DNA of 64,000 bases, from the NCBI RefSeq assembly GCF_009914755.1, contig NC_060926.1; one strand, 5' to 3'. Below the pieces are notes generated by a model. That model was not told the DNA's origin. It ran no database searches and worked only from the letters and a program-made list of their open reading frames with translations. The DNA is from the human T2T-CHM13v2.0 reference genome, Homo sapiens. A program made the translations under genes and the position numbers. Below, piece after piece: positions 58,819 through 64,000 of the stretch; within the stretch, counting starts at the first letter, position 1, and every line of letters starts with the position of its first letter.

Positions 58819-59368
58819 TGTCAATGAAAATTTGCACTGGACATATTAAACCGGCAAGAAGATTTTTTTCAAGACTATTGCAATACGGGCAATACATTGA
58901 ACTTGACTCCTCCAAAACAAAAGGCAGGGGAGTTTTTAAGCACTCCGGTGAGCTGGTAGAAAAATACCAGAGGAAGTTAGGAGGGAGGTGAGCAAATCTG
59001 GTCAGGCTATCTGTGTTTGCTAATTGTGTTTATCAAATTCAATTTTACCTGCAAATTTTTATTTGTCAAAGTTAGGCTTCTACCTTGTCACAAAGACTGG
59101 GAGGTGGGGACCCTGTCTTTCTTCTTCATGACTACATTTCAAAGGGATGGCTCCCAAGTCCTTGAGGAACACATTACTGGGTTGTAAAACAGGCAAGAGG
59201 CTGGAAGAAGATTTACATTTCAAAAAGCACAGCGAGAATTTAGGACTGAAATTTTTCTAAATTAAGCGCTTTGATGCTCCCAGAAAAAAGAAATCAGGGG
59301 CCAATAGTCAGGAAGAAACCTGTCTAGATTTCCTCAAGCTGAGAGGAATGATGAGGCTGTCTTGTTCA
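58819..59368 (-). mobile_element. MER31-like ERV1 solo LTR
   Basis: TG...CA termini; the minus strand begins TGAACAAGACAGCCTC...CTCAGCTTGA. Perfect 4-bp TSD CTAC. Confidence 0.82.
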
Positions 59369-59449
59369 CTACAGAATCTATTACTGGATAGTTGTTCACA
59401 ATAAGGACAGTGCAAAGGCAATTAAACTTTCATGATGCCTGAGAAAAAC

Positions 59450-59578
59450 GTTCATCATTTAGTGGATGGGGTAGAGGGAAACAGGGCTGCCAAATGTCCT
59501 GCAATGTATGGAATATGCTCACATAATGACAATTTTCCTACTCCAAAGGTCAATAGTGCAACCATTGAGAAATGCTGA
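59450..59578. mobile_element. MER20-like hAT MITE fragment
   Basis: gctgccaaatgtcctgcaatg...aggtcaatagtgcaaccattgagaaatgctg. Confidence 0.6.
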
Positions 59579-60364
59579 TATCCAGCTCTTTCAAAGGACA
59601 TGTCCGAAGTTTCTATGACTGGAGATCTTAGTAGTTAGGAAGTTATTGCAACCTGTGTTCTGAAATGACAGAATTATACTTCCACTCATTTTCTGCCATA
59701 GGACAGATGATACTTCCACTTATAATTTTTTATCTCAGGGTACATTTTCTCGCATCTACTAGACGGACATTTCCAAGTACTGAATTACAGAATTCCTCAT
59801 CTTCCTCTGCAAAGGTCACAAAAATATATGTGCAAATTATGTCCAAGAAATAGTCCTTGATTTTTCACAATTCATGGAGATGACTATGCATAAAATGATT
59901 AAAAATTACATAATTACATGAGTAATGGACTTCCAACTTTATTATAAATTATTTACAAAATTTTGGTGCTATGATTTTCTCATAGTTAAAAAAGTTTAAA
60001 TAAAAACTTCACCTCTGTAAGAGGGATGTTACATGGAATAAATCATGCCTGAAGAATTTGTTTTCAATTTCGTCAACCCTTCAGTAATTCCAAACAATGG
60101 GACTGGCATAGGGTGATCTGATTTGGTTATAATCTTTTTCTGCATTACCACATCTTTTAAACTACATTATTGAATTTCATTTCCTGCTGTAGATAATCTC
60201 AAAAATCTCTATTTTGTTTGAGTAGAATGCAAAACCAAACATAACAGATTGTGCTATTTTGATAAGTAATTTTAAAATAACTGAGGTCATAATATTTGTT
60301 ATTCTATGCAATTAGGGATTTCTGGAACCTTTTCTTATTACAACATATGTGGCAAATATATGGC

Positions 60365-60600
60365 TATTATATACTATTTAATAGTATATACACTATTATT
60401 ATTACTGTTACACTATTATACTAATAATTATACCATTATTATATTATACCATTATTATTGCTATATATACTATTATACTAGTATTATATATACCATTATA
60501 CTATTATATATGTGTATATATATAAAAGAGTATATAATAGCCACAAATATACTACTTATTTAAACCTATTCGAATACATTTTTATTATATTACTGAATAC
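60365..60600. repeat. (TATTA/TAC)n low complexity
   Basis: Read directly; it explains the Y/I-rich ORFs. Confidence 0.85.
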
Positions 60601-60705
60601 TGCATATCCTCCACTTGAGTGTAATAATATCCATATAAAATCAAATAAACTTCCTTGCTCCATATCTTACTTTAAATACCTTACCCACTCTCTTTGCTTC
60701 TCTTC

Positions 60706-61213
60706 TGTGGTAGGCAGAGTAATGGCTTCTGAATATATATGCTCCCTAATCCACAAAATCTGTAAAAATGCTATCTTACAATGCAAAGGAGTCTTTGTAG
60801 ATGGGGTTAAAGTTAAGCGCTTTGAGAAAGGGAGATTTTGTTGTGTTATTCAAAGAGGCCAGTCTTACCACATGAATCCTTAGAAATGGAGGATTTCATG
60901 GCTGAGTTAGAGACAGTGATGTTATAACCAAAAAAAAAAAAAAGGATCAGAGAGAAATGCAATGTTGCTGGTTTTGAAGATGTAGGGGGCCAGGAACCGC
61001 AGAATATGTTAGCCTTTAGAAGTTGGAGAAGCCGAGGAAACAAAATTCTCTTCCAGAGCCTCTGAAAAGGAACACAGCACAACTTATATCTTGATTTCAT
61101 CCCAGTGAGACACATGTTAGATCTATAACCTACAAAACTGTAAAATAATACATTTGTATTATTTATGCTTCTAAATTTGTGATAATTTGCTAACAGCATA
61201 GAAAATGAATACA
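60706..61213 (+). mobile_element. MLT1D-like solo LTR
   Basis: TGTGGTAGGCAGAGTAATGG...GAAAATGAATACA. Confidence 0.88.
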
Positions 61214-61289
61214 GTTTAACAGCTAATTTTTTTAAAAGAGGCATCTCTTGTTGCTGCTAACATTAATTCACTTTGAATTTTTTCTCTAA

Positions 61290-62790
<1,501 letters not shown>

Positions 62791-62843
62791 TTTGTCTATT
62801 ATACCTTCATTTTGTGTCACAGAGGGAATTAAATGTCTTCCAA

Positions 62844-63850
<1,007 letters not shown>

Positions 63851-64000
63851 TAAACTAGCATAGTATTTTGTCAATGTCTACACACTTTCTTAATCTGAAC
63901 TATAGTCATTAGTATTAATGTAAGAAATACCAATTTACTTCAGCCAGATGTCATGGAAAGAGTATCATATGGAATATGTTGACCTTTGAATTCTAGGTTT

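Noticed and set aside
60306-61244. Long ORFs (85, 123 and 132 aa)
   Set aside because: They derive from low-complexity DNA and the MLT1D LTR.

Overview
AT-rich, CpG-depleted primate (human-like) genomic DNA with no CpG island, no RNA gene and no host protein-coding exon that I can support. The window is dominated by interspersed repeats. These include nine Alus (most with visible TSDs) and a near full-length old L1MA-type LINE (~35.1-42.0 kb). There is also a 5'-inverted young L1PA, a tail-less L1PA ORF2 fragment, and a complete THE1-type MaLR provirus nested in an ERV1 solo LTR. An ancient ERVL-class provirus still shows readable RT/RNase H motifs beside an LTR33-like LTR. The rest comprises an HERV-H LTR7 solo LTR, several MER4-group/MER31/MLT LTRs, DNA-transposon relics (MER58, Tigger-like, MER20-like) and MIR/L2/L3 fragments. 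The ORF-track entries I could interpret are repeat-derived or low-complexity; the remainder look like chance ORFs. I did not find convincing evidence of a novel biological system. The best second-look items are non-canonical L1/Alu insertion structures, a strong minus-strand bias of LTR elements together with a plus-strand recursive-splice-like motif, a ~210-bp spaced duplication, and a few repeat-free candidate regulatory blocks. Subfamily names are from memory of consensus sequences and need RepeatMasker/Dfam confirmation.
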